A DNA stretch of 64,000 nucleotides, taken from NCBI GenBank assembly GCA_028280575.1, contig JANQLN010000038.1, forward strand, positions 11,267 through 75,266, given 5' to 3'. Under the pieces are notes generated by a model, which was not told the DNA's origin, searched no databases, and saw only the letters and a list, made by a program, of their open reading frames with translations. This document shows, piece after piece, positions 49,886-60,464 of this stretch. Positions within the stretch are counted from its first letter, which is position 1, and every line of letters starts with the position of its first letter. This DNA comes from Clostridia bacterium. GTDB lineage: Bacteria > Bacillota > Clostridia > Acetivibrionales > STF1-152. Both the position numbers and the translations under genes were made by a program.

Positions 49886-51268
49886 TTAATTTTCCTTTGC
49901 AGCATTCCTAGCATTCAAATCTTCAATCATTTGTTTATAGAATACTCTTGTTATTGGGTAAAAGTGTATTGCAACTATGGAGCACAGATGTCCCAGCAGC
50001 GGTCCTCCAAAGAGCATCAGCACGATAGCGTTCTGCACTGCTAACCCCTGCACATGACCACCTACTACAAATCCTAATCCAGCTAATATTGCTCCAACAA
50101 TTACTCCCGGTATTGCCATTCCAAACTTGTTAAAGAAAGTAAAAACACTTGTGACAATACCTGGAGTTCTTAAACCAGTTTTCCATTCACCGTAATCTAC
50201 ACAATCCGGTACCATGGCCCATCTGGTTTGTGAAGTTATAATTCCTATACCTGTTCCAATCGCTAATAATATTATTAATAATATGATATTCTCAAAAGGT
50301 CTGAAAATGATCATAATTGTGGGAATTATCAACCCTAAGTAACTACCCCATTTAAAAATATTTTTCTTGCTGTACTTATTAGCTAAAAGCCCTACTACTA
50401 CCCCCATAATCAATCCTATTGGAAGTATTAACATTGCGCTTACTGATACCAAATCTGTTCTTCTTAATACATGAGCGAAAAAATATACATTAACCGCTGT
50501 AGTAAAACCTGTGGCCATATCATTTGTAGCGCTTGATATTATGAGCATTTGCAAAGCCTTATTACTTTTCAACACTTCCCCCTGCTTAGAAAGAGTTATC
50601 TTTTCGCCTTTCTTTCTGTTTGGATTATATTTATCCTTGTTTTTCAATGACAGTGTAAAAACTCGCCAACCTGCAAATCCAAGTACTGCTAAAATTACAG
50701 CCCAAAGTCTCCATTGTGCTAATGGATTAGTACCAGCGGCTTCGGTAAAGGGAATAGTACCTATCATTACTATACCAACAGCTACTATCGAAGTAAGCAT
50801 TCCTGGTACCGTCAACCACACCCTTTGCGCTGGGTCATTGGTCATTGTACTCCTAGCCGAATGTACACTCATTGCCAGCATTGTATATCCCAATGTAAAC
50901 AACAAATACATCGCGGTCATATAACCGAACTTCATAGATACTTGCAAACCTGAAAACATCAATACCATTGCTAGCGGTGCTATAATACTTCCCCAAAATA
51001 TCCAAGGTCTGAATTGCCCTCTTTTTGTATTTGTGCGGTCAATCATGTTGCCAATAATCGGATCACTTATTGCATCAAACACTCTACCTATCGTCAAAAT
51101 AAGTCCTGCAAATGCGACGCTGATACCGTAGATGTCTGTTGCATAATACATGAGGTAGGATGTTATAAATACAAATAATATGTTTAAGCTAAATCCTTCT
51201 CCACCACCAAATAATATCAGTTCCTTAAGTGATACTTTTTTGTAAATACTTTGCTGTTTTTCTTTCAT
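49886..51268 (-). CDS. glycoside-pentoside-hexuronide (GPH):cation symporter
   Basis: GRVFDAISDPIIGNMIDRTNTKRGQFRPW signature. 12-TM pattern. Confidence 0.85.
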   Translation of the reverse strand: MKEKQQSIYKKVSLKELILFGGGEGFSLNILFVFITSYLMYYATDIYGISVAFAGLILTIGRVFDAISDPIIGNMIDRTNTKRGQFRPWIFWGSIIAPLAMVLMFSGLQVSMKFGYMTAMYLLFTLGYTMLAMSVHSARSTMTNDPAQRVWLTVPGMLTSIVAVGIVMIGTIPFTEAAGTNPLAQWRLWAVILAVLGFAGWRVFTLSLKNKDKYNPNRKKGEKITLSKQGEVLKSNKALQMLIISSATNDMATGFTTAVNVYFFAHVLRRTDLVSVSAMLILPIGLIMGVVVGLLANKYSKKNIFKWGSYLGLIIPTIMIIFRPFENIILLIILLAIGTGIGIITSQTRWAMVPDCVDYGEWKTGLRTPGIVTSVFTFFNKFGMAIPGVIVGAILAGLGFVVGGHVQGLAVQNAIVLMLFGGPLLGHLCSIVAIHFYPITRVFYKQMIEDLNARNAAKEN

Positions 51269-51327
51269 AATACTTCTTCCCTTTTGAAAATTATTTTTTG
51301 CTTAGTATTCTACTTGCTTTAGTTAAA

Positions 51328-53487
51328 TTATCGTATTATTATTTCTTGTTTCAACAGATATGTCTCGTCCGAACATGAACCTACCATAAACTTGTATATT
51401 CCATTTTCAAATTGCCACGACATTCCCTCCTCACTGAAATATCTCAAATTATCTAAAGGTATTTTGATATTTACTTTTTTTGTATCTCCTGCATCTATTA
51501 ATACTTTCTCAAACCCTTTCAGCAATTTTTTATGCCTATCTATCTTTGAATCAGTCATTCCTACATATACTTGTACAACTTCTTCTCCATCCTTTTCTCC
51601 GCTGTTTTTTACTTTGACGGATATATCAACAAGTTCTCCATTCTTTTTAACAGTTAAATCTGAGTATTCATATTTCGTATAGCTCAGCCCAAATCCAAAA
51701 GGATATGCAGGCTTGTTTCCGTCCTTATCAAGTTTTGTATAGCCATGATATAAATCGTATGTTATTTCATCATCCTCACTACTGAAATATGGTAAGTGGT
51801 TTTCGTCTGCAGGAATGGTAAATGGCAATTTCCCGCTTGGATTTACATCGCCAAATAACACTCTAGGCAATGCATTCCCACCTTCCATGCCACTATACCA
51901 ACTGTATATAATCGCAGGAACTTGGTCATCCCACTCTTTGGTCATAATCATTGATCCACTGATTAAGGAGACCACAGTATTTGGATTTATTCTCCCAATT
52001 TCATTAATCACATTAATTTCGCTATCCTTTAACGATAGGCTTGAGCGGTCTCCTCCTGTTGGTTCGCCATCAGCTGTTGTATAAGAGGCTTTTTTTAAAA
52101 AACCTTTAATAAGAAGAGAGCCTATATGTGAGCTTTGATTTTTCAATCCATCAGCTATTATGCTAGTATCTACATCTGACTTCTCATCTGGATTTATACA
52201 TTCACCTTCATCTCTAGCATCATTACCTGCAATTATTACCACGCAGTCACACTTTGCTGCCTCTAGTTTTGCCTTATTAACTTCACTTTCGGCACACAGT
52301 ATAATTTCTACATCATCTCCAAAGTAATTTTTAAATCCTTCTAATTGTGTAATAACATACGGTGCATATATTCTACTGCTTCCAAAGTCTCCTGTATTAG
52401 CTTTTGTCGCCAGCTTACCTACCAGCAATATCCTTTTCGCGCTTTTATCAAAAGGCAGTACATTATCTTTATTCTTAATAAGCACCATTGATTTTTCCGC
52501 TGCTTCCAAAGCAAGTTCAGTATGTTCTTTGCATGCAATCAATTCTTCTGTATACTCCATTTTATCAGGCGTATTATCAAATACCAGAACTGTTTTTATC
52601 ACTCTTTTTGCTGCTTCATCTACAGTTTCTTCTGAGATTTCACCATTCTTCACTTTTTCAAGCATTTTTCTCTGATAATGTATTGGCATAGGCATCTCAA
52701 CGTCTAAACCACCTTCTATCGCCTTCTTAGTATCTCTTACGCCAAATAAGAAGTCAGAAATTGAAAATCCTTCAAATCCCCACTCATCCCTAAGCACTTT
52801 ATTAAGCAGATAATCACTCTCGCAAGCAAAGTCTCCCCTGAATTTATTGTACGCTCCCATAACAGATGCAGCACCTGCATCAAAACACTTTTTAAAGTGA
52901 GGCAAATATACTTCTCTTAATGTTCTTTCATCACACTGAACATCTACTCTAAACCTTGAGTTCTCAATACTGTTTAGGGCATAGTGTTTAGGACAAGCCA
53001 TTACGTTATGTTCCTGCACTGCCTCTGTCAATTCTTTTCCGAATTCACCTACATGATATGGGTCTTCACCATAGGTTTCCTGTGCTCTGCCCCAAGCTGG
53101 ATGACGAAGCAAATTGATACATACACCGGCAAAGTAGTTTGCTCCCTGTGACCTAGCTTCTTTACCTATTACATCACCGATTCTTCTTTCCAAATTCCTG
53201 TCAAAACTAGCTCCTCTTGCCATTGATACAGGAAAACATGTAGAGTGCCCCATAACAATCCCTCGTGGACCATCTGTAAACTTTATAGGAGTAACTCCAA
53301 GACGTTTGCAGCCATTTGTCTCAATGGGAACTGGATTATAAGCGTTTTTATGCTTTATCATATTCTTAATAATATTCCAGTTGCCATTAAGCATCCATAC
53401 CTTTTCTTTCAATGTCATTTTTGAAAGTGTTTCATTTGCCTTTTCGTCGATTTGCTTATCAGTTAAATTACACTTTTTATTAAACAT
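51328..53487 (-). CDS. GH3 beta-glucosidase/beta-xylosidase-type enzyme
   Basis: KFTDGPRGIV, the GFEGFSISDF nucleophile region and a C-terminal Fn3-like domain. Confidence 0.85.
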   Translation of the reverse strand: MFNKKCNLTDKQIDEKANETLSKMTLKEKVWMLNGNWNIIKNMIKHKNAYNPVPIETNGCKRLGVTPIKFTDGPRGIVMGHSTCFPVSMARGASFDRNLERRIGDVIGKEARSQGANYFAGVCINLLRHPAWGRAQETYGEDPYHVGEFGKELTEAVQEHNVMACPKHYALNSIENSRFRVDVQCDERTLREVYLPHFKKCFDAGAASVMGAYNKFRGDFACESDYLLNKVLRDEWGFEGFSISDFLFGVRDTKKAIEGGLDVEMPMPIHYQRKMLEKVKNGEISEETVDEAAKRVIKTVLVFDNTPDKMEYTEELIACKEHTELALEAAEKSMVLIKNKDNVLPFDKSAKRILLVGKLATKANTGDFGSSRIYAPYVITQLEGFKNYFGDDVEIILCAESEVNKAKLEAAKCDCVVIIAGNDARDEGECINPDEKSDVDTSIIADGLKNQSSHIGSLLIKGFLKKASYTTADGEPTGGDRSSLSLKDSEINVINEIGRINPNTVVSLISGSMIMTKEWDDQVPAIIYSWYSGMEGGNALPRVLFGDVNPSGKLPFTIPADENHLPYFSSEDDEITYDLYHGYTKLDKDGNKPAYPFGFGLSYTKYEYSDLTVKKNGELVDISVKVKNSGEKDGEEVVQVYVGMTDSKIDRHKKLLKGFEKVLIDAGDTKKVNIKIPLDNLRYFSEEGMSWQFENGIYKFMVGSCSDETYLLKQEIIIR

Positions 53488-53645
53488 GTTAACACCTCGT
53501 TAGCTATGTCCAATTTTTCCACTATTCTTCAGAACGCATAATAGTTGATTTTGTGCATAGTATAGCACAATTTTCGCATTATCTATATCAATATTCTAGT
53601 ATTTGTGATAATATATCAATATAGCAAGCAGTTTGAGGGTAAGAA

Positions 53646-54812
53646 ATGAATAAAAGTTGGATTTATGAAAAAATTAATACCTACCACATGATTTCTAATC
53701 TACCAATCAGAGCATATGATATCAATAAAAATATGCTTTGTGAGTGCGGAAAAATTAAGGCTCCCTTTAGCTTCTTAGGTGGGTTTGATAAGGCAATTTT
53801 TAACTCAAAGAAACAGTTTAATAACTATAAAAATCAGAACAACGAATATTTCATCTCAATGTATGTTGATAATTCAAAAGGAAAATTTTATGTTATTGTG
53901 GGTCCATTTATGTATCATCAACTTACATACAAGGAAATAAAAAGCATGGCTCAATCCAAGAACATAATAGATGATAATATCAATAATGTAATTGAGTATT
54001 TTTCTTCTCTAATGAAAATAAAGATAGATTCACTAACCTATCACTATAAATATCTTGCACAGTTATTAGAAGTTACATATTCATTACTTAAAAACAATAC
54101 AGCAGATATTCAAGAGCAACAATTCATTGAGAAAAATAAGCTGGAATATAGAGAAATAGATTTTTATCACCATAGTTATTTAGTAGAAAGGCAATTTCTC
54201 AATCACTTTTTTAAGGGAAGACTAACAGAACTTGAACGTAAAAATATGAGCAGTATTGAACCTGGCCTTATATCAGAGGATTATACCAGAAACACAAAAA
54301 ATCTATGTATAGTTACAATTACATTGATCGAACGTTATGCTATAGAACACGGAATGGATGCTCACACTTCATTTACCATCGGGGACGCTTACTTGCGAAA
54401 AATTGAAAAGTCAAATAATATATCCGATATCAGAGTATTTTTCGAGCAATCACTTGATGTATATTCTGAAGCGATTAAAAAAGCTAACGAAATTAAATAC
54501 TCTAAGAAAATTAATGAGACAAAAAATTTCATCGACCATAATCTTTCAATGAGTTTTTCTGTACAGGATATTGCAGACTATACAAAAACACATCCGACAT
54601 ACTTATCCTACCTATTTAAAAAAGAGATTGGTATGACTATTACTCAGTATATTCTTAATGAGAAGATAAGTGAAGCTAAAAGTCTGCTAGACTTTTCAAA
54701 CCATACTCTGCAGGAGGTCTCAGATATTCTGAATTTTAGTTCAAAAAGCTACTTTATTCACTGCTTTAAGAAGGTAGTCGGTGTAACTCCAACTGTATAT
54801 AGAAATAGGTAA
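53646..54812 (+). CDS. AraC family transcriptional regulator
   Basis: C-terminal double HTH ...IADYTKTHPTYLSYLFKKEIGMT...FSSKSYFIHCFKKVVGVTPTVYR. Confidence 0.85.
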   Translation: MNKSWIYEKINTYHMISNLPIRAYDINKNMLCECGKIKAPFSFLGGFDKAIFNSKKQFNNYKNQNNEYFISMYVDNSKGKFYVIVGPFMYHQLTYKEIKSMAQSKNIIDDNINNVIEYFSSLMKIKIDSLTYHYKYLAQLLEVTYSLLKNNTADIQEQQFIEKNKLEYREIDFYHHSYLVERQFLNHFFKGRLTELERKNMSSIEPGLISEDYTRNTKNLCIVTITLIERYAIEHGMDAHTSFTIGDAYLRKIEKSNNISDIRVFFEQSLDVYSEAIKKANEIKYSKKINETKNFIDHNLSMSFSVQDIADYTKTHPTYLSYLFKKEIGMTITQYILNEKISEAKSLLDFSNHTLQEVSDILNFSSKSYFIHCFKKVVGVTPTVYRNR

Positions 54813-54911
54813 TATAATGTTATTGGTTCTGGTGCAAAAAAATCTTGCAATTAATTAATTTAGAGAGAATATGATATAATTATTATAAAAAGTTTGGGAG
54901 AATTATATCAC

Positions 54912-55500
54912 ATGAAAAACAATCTATTTAAGTGACAGCGATTTCGGACATATGATGAAGTCACTATTTTGCGTTTGAAGCAGATAATCGTATTACGAAA
55001 ACTCAGGATTCCGCTTAAAAGTATCGCCAAAGTATTACTAACAGAAAAATACAACCCTTGCGATTGAAGTGTTCCAGCAAAAACTGAGTGAGATAGGGGA
55101 CGAAATAGCTGCTTTAACAATTATTAAAAGCTTAATTCAGTCCTTTATTGAACGTTTGAATATTAAAAACGCTAAACTGCAATTGCTTGATAACGAAAGC
55201 CTATTGGAAATTGTTGATTCTCTAACTGTCTCTAAAATTAGTTTCAAGGAGGATAAAACAATGGATGACCTGAACAAAGCAAGTGAAAAACTTAACAAGT
55301 TGACAGACAAGGATGTGAGGATTGTATATCTTCCACCTGCGACGGTAGCATCGAGCCATTATATTGGCGATGAACCGGAACATAATGCGGCATCGGTGAT
55401 GGATAAATACGTGCGTCAAAGCGATTTGCCGAACATTAAACCAGATATGCGTCAGTATGGATTTAATCGCCCCAACCTTGGTCAGGGACACTTTTCGTGA
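54912..55500 (+). pseudogene. MerR-family regulator with a GyrI-like effector domain, disrupted
   Basis: MKNNLFK then a stop. The wing/dimerisation helix RFRTYDEVTILRLKQIIVLRKLRIPLKSIAKVL is in another frame and ends in a stop. The ORF resumes at 55069 and ends early within the effector domain. Confidence 0.65.
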
Positions 55501-55622
55501 TTTTACCCTGACCACTTTCACATAAGTTCTGTTAAAACTGCGTATAACATGATAAAATAAATGATGCCATACAGATGGCACCTTTTTATAGTATAATTTA
55601 AGATAAAATCCAATAAACGTCT

Positions 55623-58600
55623 ATGGGAGGAAGTCTTTTGAGTATAAAAATTAAAGGAGCAAATGCAAATAATTTAAAGAATATTGATTTAGAAATAGAG
55701 GAATGTCACACCGTTTTTACAGGCGTATCTGGTTCAGGAAAATCTTCCCTTCTTTTTGATACGATTTATCATGAAGCTCGTAGACGGCTTTTTGCTATGT
55801 TCCGCATCAATAATGAGATTGCACAGCTTTCACCTACAGAAGTACAATCAATTAATGGGTTAAAGCCGGCAATTGCAATTATACAAAATGTAAAAAATAG
55901 GAATCCTAATTCTACACTGGCAACAGCTACCGGGATACATGTTCTGCTGCGAATTCTTTATGCCAATTATGGTGTACAGCATTGCAGCAAATGTGGTACA
56001 CCATTTCATTTACGCTCTGAGGATAAGATCGTTGAAGGGATTGTGAAATTATCACAAGAAGAAAGAATAGAAATTCACGCCCGCATTCTTAACAAAGTGA
56101 AGGGAAGTCATCGAAGTTTATTACGACTTCTATATACAGATTTTCCGGAGTATGAATTTATAGTTAATGGAAAAAACAGTAAGCCTCATTCATTAGAAAA
56201 AAACCAATCACATACCATTACTGTTAGACTCAATAAAAACTTTAACAATATAACCCTGGCAAAAGTTCGTGAAATCATTAAAGTAACGAAACAATTTGGC
56301 GTAGGTTTTCTTATGCTTAGTAGATTAGATCACGGTAAAACCTATATATTGCCATTTAAACGTATTTGCCCCGAATGTAATGGGATAATTGGAAAATTAG
56401 AACCACCCCTATTTAATAAAAACTGTCCCTTTTGCAATGGAAAAGGGTGTAACAATTGCGAAAAAACAGGTATGCATCCAATAGCAGCAGCAACTACTTG
56501 GCAAGGTTATACATTTCAAAATATAATGGGCTTATCTTTGGAAGAGTTCTGGCGTTTAATTAATAGAGACAATCTCCTGCCAGCTTCCGGTGAAGCAATA
56601 CATAAAGAGCTGATAAAAAAATGTGCATCTTTACTTGCTATAGGACTTGGTTACATAAATCTTGACCGGCTTTCGCCCACTTTATCCCGTGGAGAATATC
56701 AGAGGCTACAAATAGCAAGGGCAATGGCTAACGACTTAGAGGATGTTATGTATCTTCTAGATGAACCAACCATCGGTTTGCATCCTGCAGAAATTAGAGA
56801 GATTTTACCGACTATTGGCAAGCTCAAAGGAACTGTTTTAACAATTGAACATGATAAGCAAGCCATCTTGAGTGCTGATCGATGTATTGAATTAGGACCA
56901 GGAGCTGGTGAAAACGGTGGCAAAGTCACCTATATTGGTAATCCTTCCTCATTACCGGGTATGGATGATGTAATACTCACAAAAAGGTATCCAGTCAAGC
57001 CTACATCATTTATTGATGTAAAAGGAGCAAAGATACGAAATTTAAAAAATATTGATATTTCAATACCAATCAGATGTTTGACTGTCATTGCAGGTGTATC
57101 TGGTTCAGGGAAAAGCACATTGGTAGAGGATGTTCTTTTGCCATCGTTTATCAAAAATAAAACAGTAGCGTGCAAGGCGATTAGTAGCCCCATTAAAAAG
57201 GTAATGTTTGTTAACCAAGCCCCCATTGGTTTGAACACTAGGTCCAATCCTGCTACCTATACACAACTTTTTAATGACATTCGAGAATACTTTGCTTGGC
57301 AAACAGGTTTATCTGTTTCTGACTTTGTACCAAGTCCAGGTAAAGGCGCCTGTGTTTATTGTAATGGACTTGGAGAAAAAGAAGTTAAGATGCGGTATCT
57401 TCCTTCTACATGGTTAAAATGTCCCGTCTGTAATGGTAGTCGATATAATAAAGAGATTATGTCTAATATGATATTCATTGGAGAGAGAGGACTTTCTATA
57501 GCTGATTTTTTAGATTTACAGGTATCCAAGGTATGGTCACTGGTTGTAAACGGTACTTTATCCTTACATGATTTCCCCAAAGCAGAATCATTTAAAGCAA
57601 AGCTGCAGGCACTTATTGATGTTGGGCTTTCCTATATCAAATTAGGGCAACCGGCTCCAACGTTATCCGGTGGAGAAGCTCAAAGGGTAAAATTGGCAAA
57701 AATTTTGGGACAACGAATGGCTTCTGAAATGCTACTTATATTTGACGAGCCTACAACCGGACTCCACAAAAAAGATGTAGAAAGGATACTTTTGATATTT
57801 GACCGTCTGAAAGAAAAAGGGATAACTGTTCTTGTTATTGAACATAATGTGGATGTGATAAGGCATGGAGATTGGTTAATTGAACTTGGGCCTGGTTCTG
57901 GACCTGCAGGCGGAGACCTTATGTTTATGGGTCCTCCTGAAGAATTGGCTTCTTCAGGTACAAAAACAGCCCTTTCTTTACAAGAGGAGCTGTTTAAGTC
58001 ACAAGCAGTTGCTCCTTGTAAAAAAGAAAGCAATTCAATTTATGTAAATAATGCCTATGCTAACAATTTAAAGAATATTTCATTAACAGTACCCAAAAAT
58101 GAAATGGTTGTGATTACTGGTGTATCCGGATCTGGGAAATCCACTTTAGTAAGGGATGTTATTGAAGCAGAGGCAAAGAGACGCTTCTTAGAAACCCTTA
58201 CTACCTATGAACGTTATAATATTCATGAAACAAAGGGCAGTGACGTAGAGAGTATTAGCGGTTTAGGGCTTGCGTGTACCATTGCACCGGAAAAATGGAT
58301 GTATAGTCCTAGGTCTACAATTGGAACAATTACAAGGATTTATGAAACGCTAGGGATTTTATACGCTAGAATCGGAAATCGAAATTGTCCAAATTGCAGT
58401 ATCTTGATGAAAAACGTTCAGGATGGTTGGTATTGTTCTCATTGTGAAAATCATTACCCATACCCTGACCCGAAGAGCTTTCTTCCAAGCAGCTATACAG
58501 GCGCATGTACAGTTTGTCAAGGTGTTGGAACAGTACAACACCTTAATGAAAATAAGATTATTGTTCAAATCGACAAACCTTTACTAAAAGGGGCTATGTA

Positions 58601-60464
58601 TTCCCCAGGTTTTTTTCCAAAAGGATTTTTAGGAAAACCAGGAAATAGCGGTTATTATTTAGTAAGAGCCTTTGCAAAACGATATGGTTTTGATCCCGAA
58701 TACACACCATGGAAAGATATGTCCAAAGAAGCCAAACAAAAATTTTTGTTTGGTGACGAGAAACCCATGACCGTACGATTTGAAAATACAAAAGGGAAGG
58801 CATATACTCAAATCCTGCCATTTCCTGGTTTTCAAGGATGGGTTATAAATTGGGATATAGGAGGCACATACACGGATCGTTTGTGCTGCCCTGGATGTGG
58901 TGGCAGTGGATTAAAGCCAGAGTTCAATGAAATTACCTTGTTAGGTTATAACATTCATGAGTTATGCCAGATATCTATTGAAGAACTAAACATAGTATTA
59001 AAAGATACAAAAGAAAAAGCAATTAGCATTCCGTTACTGAGAAAAGTTTGGTATAGCTTAGAACAAAAACTACAGTTTATGCTCCAAACTGGTTTGTCTT
59101 ATGTTAACTTAGGACGTTTTTCCTCCACACTTTCTGCCGGTGAAGCACAACGAATTAAATTGACTACATTACTGGAAAATGAAATGAACGGCTTATTAGT
59201 ATTGTTGGACGAACCAACACGAGGGATGCATAGTACCGAAGTGTCCAATCTCATAGACGCACTGATAAAAATAAAAACAAGGGGCAACACCTTGATAGTG
59301 GTAGAACATGACACAAATGTTATGCAAGCAGCAGATACTATGATTGAAATTGGTCCTAAAGCAGGTAACCATGGTGGAGAGATTGTTGCTTCAGGCAAAT
59401 TGGAACAATTGTTGCAACTAGATACCGTTACAACAAAATGGATAAAATCACCTTATCCTTACGTAAAACGTACTCGAAGACAACCTAAAGGATTTGTAAC
59501 AATTGTAAACGCAACTGAAAATAATCTAAAAATAGAAAAGTTAGATATCCCACTAGGGACATTGACAGGAATATGCGGAATATCAGGTTCTGGGAAAAGC
59601 ACGCTGATTACTGATACCATTGCACGTTCACAAATTAAACGAAAACAAACAACTTCCGTTTCATATGAATTGATGGCAACCGGACATTATGAATCCATCA
59701 TTGGCATTCCGAAAAAAGTTGTGATGGTAGACCAGTCAAAGGTTGATATAACGAATATTGCGAGATATATAGGAATTGATAAGCTGTTAATTGAGATTTA
59801 TCAAAGTAATGAGGCTTCCTTTGTTAAAGGACTCAATCAATATTCTTACAAAAAAAATTGTACCGAATGCGGTGGCAAGGGAAATCAAAAAGTGGATATG
59901 GAATTCATGGAGGTTATTCATGTTCCATGTGAGGCTTGTAATGGAACAGGATATGGACTGGAAGCATGGGAAGTAAAAATTAAAGGATATTCATACCCCA
60001 AATTATTCCAAATGAATCTGGAAGAGCTACATCAACTTTGGGCAGAGCATGATAAAATTGACCGAATATTAGGAAGTATTGAAGAGGTTGGGCTTTCATA
60101 CCTTTTATTAGGCCAACCACCTCATTCCCTTTCTTCTGGCGAAGTTCAACGTCTAAAGCTTGCAATGGCATTGCTTAAAAAAGAAAGATCTGGGACCCTT
60201 TACATTTTAGATGAACCAACCGTTGGTTTGCATAATGAAGATGTGCAGCTTTTGATTAATGTATTGAATAAGCTGGTGGAAAAGGGGAATTCGCTATGGG
60301 TTGTGGAACATCATATGAATATGCTTGCTTCCTGCGACTATTTAATTGAACTTGGCCCCAAAGGCGGTCCCCAGGGTGGCAGAATTATAGCACAAGGTAC
60401 ACCGGAGCAAATGTCACAGTTTAATACACCAACCGGAAAAGAATTGGAGGTAATACTTAAATGA
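55623..60464 (+). CDS. tandem-duplicated UvrA-like ABC ATPase (4 nucleotide-binding modules, multiple Zn-finger modules)
   Basis: Four Walker A motifs (GVSGSGKSSL, GVSGSGKSTL, GVSGSGKSTL, GISGSGKSTL) are each paired with a signature plus Walker B (LSRGEYQRL..LLDEPTIGLH, LSGGEAQRV..IFDEPTTGLH, LSAGEAQRI..LLDEPTRGMH, LSSGEVQRL..ILDEPTVGLH). CxxC pairs occur in both halves. The start is more likely the TTG at 55638, 6 nt after GGGAGGAAG. Confidence 0.85.
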   Translation: MGGSLLSIKIKGANANNLKNIDLEIEECHTVFTGVSGSGKSSLLFDTIYHEARRRLFAMFRINNEIAQLSPTEVQSINGLKPAIAIIQNVKNRNPNSTLATATGIHVLLRILYANYGVQHCSKCGTPFHLRSEDKIVEGIVKLSQEERIEIHARILNKVKGSHRSLLRLLYTDFPEYEFIVNGKNSKPHSLEKNQSHTITVRLNKNFNNITLAKVREIIKVTKQFGVGFLMLSRLDHGKTYILPFKRICPECNGIIGKLEPPLFNKNCPFCNGKGCNNCEKTGMHPIAAATTWQGYTFQNIMGLSLEEFWRLINRDNLLPASGEAIHKELIKKCASLLAIGLGYINLDRLSPTLSRGEYQRLQIARAMANDLEDVMYLLDEPTIGLHPAEIREILPTIGKLKGTVLTIEHDKQAILSADRCIELGPGAGENGGKVTYIGNPSSLPGMDDVILTKRYPVKPTSFIDVKGAKIRNLKNIDISIPIRCLTVIAGVSGSGKSTLVEDVLLPSFIKNKTVACKAISSPIKKVMFVNQAPIGLNTRSNPATYTQLFNDIREYFAWQTGLSVSDFVPSPGKGACVYCNGLGEKEVKMRYLPSTWLKCPVCNGSRYNKEIMSNMIFIGERGLSIADFLDLQVSKVWSLVVNGTLSLHDFPKAESFKAKLQALIDVGLSYIKLGQPAPTLSGGEAQRVKLAKILGQRMASEMLLIFDEPTTGLHKKDVERILLIFDRLKEKGITVLVIEHNVDVIRHGDWLIELGPGSGPAGGDLMFMGPPEELASSGTKTALSLQEELFKSQAVAPCKKESNSIYVNNAYANNLKNISLTVPKNEMVVITGVSGSGKSTLVRDVIEAEAKRRFLETLTTYERYNIHETKGSDVESISGLGLACTIAPEKWMYSPRSTIGTITRIYETLGILYARIGNRNCPNCSILMKNVQDGWYCSHCENHYPYPDPKSFLPSSYTGACTVCQGVGTVQHLNENKIIVQIDKPLLKGAMYSPGFFPKGFLGKPGNSGYYLVRAFAKRYGFDPEYTPWKDMSKEAKQKFLFGDEKPMTVRFENTKGKAYTQILPFPGFQGWVINWDIGGTYTDRLCCPGCGGSGLKPEFNEITLLGYNIHELCQISIEELNIVLKDTKEKAISIPLLRKVWYSLEQKLQFMLQTGLSYVNLGRFSSTLSAGEAQRIKLTTLLENEMNGLLVLLDEPTRGMHSTEVSNLIDALIKIKTRGNTLIVVEHDTNVMQAADTMIEIGPKAGNHGGEIVASGKLEQLLQLDTVTTKWIKSPYPYVKRTRRQPKGFVTIVNATENNLKIEKLDIPLGTLTGICGISGSGKSTLITDTIARSQIKRKQTTSVSYELMATGHYESIIGIPKKVVMVDQSKVDITNIARYIGIDKLLIEIYQSNEASFVKGLNQYSYKKNCTECGGKGNQKVDMEFMEVIHVPCEACNGTGYGLEAWEVKIKGYSYPKLFQMNLEELHQLWAEHDKIDRILGSIEEVGLSYLLLGQPPHSLSSGEVQRLKLAMALLKKERSGTLYILDEPTVGLHNEDVQLLINVLNKLVEKGNSLWVVEHHMNMLASCDYLIELGPKGGPQGGRIIAQGTPEQMSQFNTPTGKELEVILK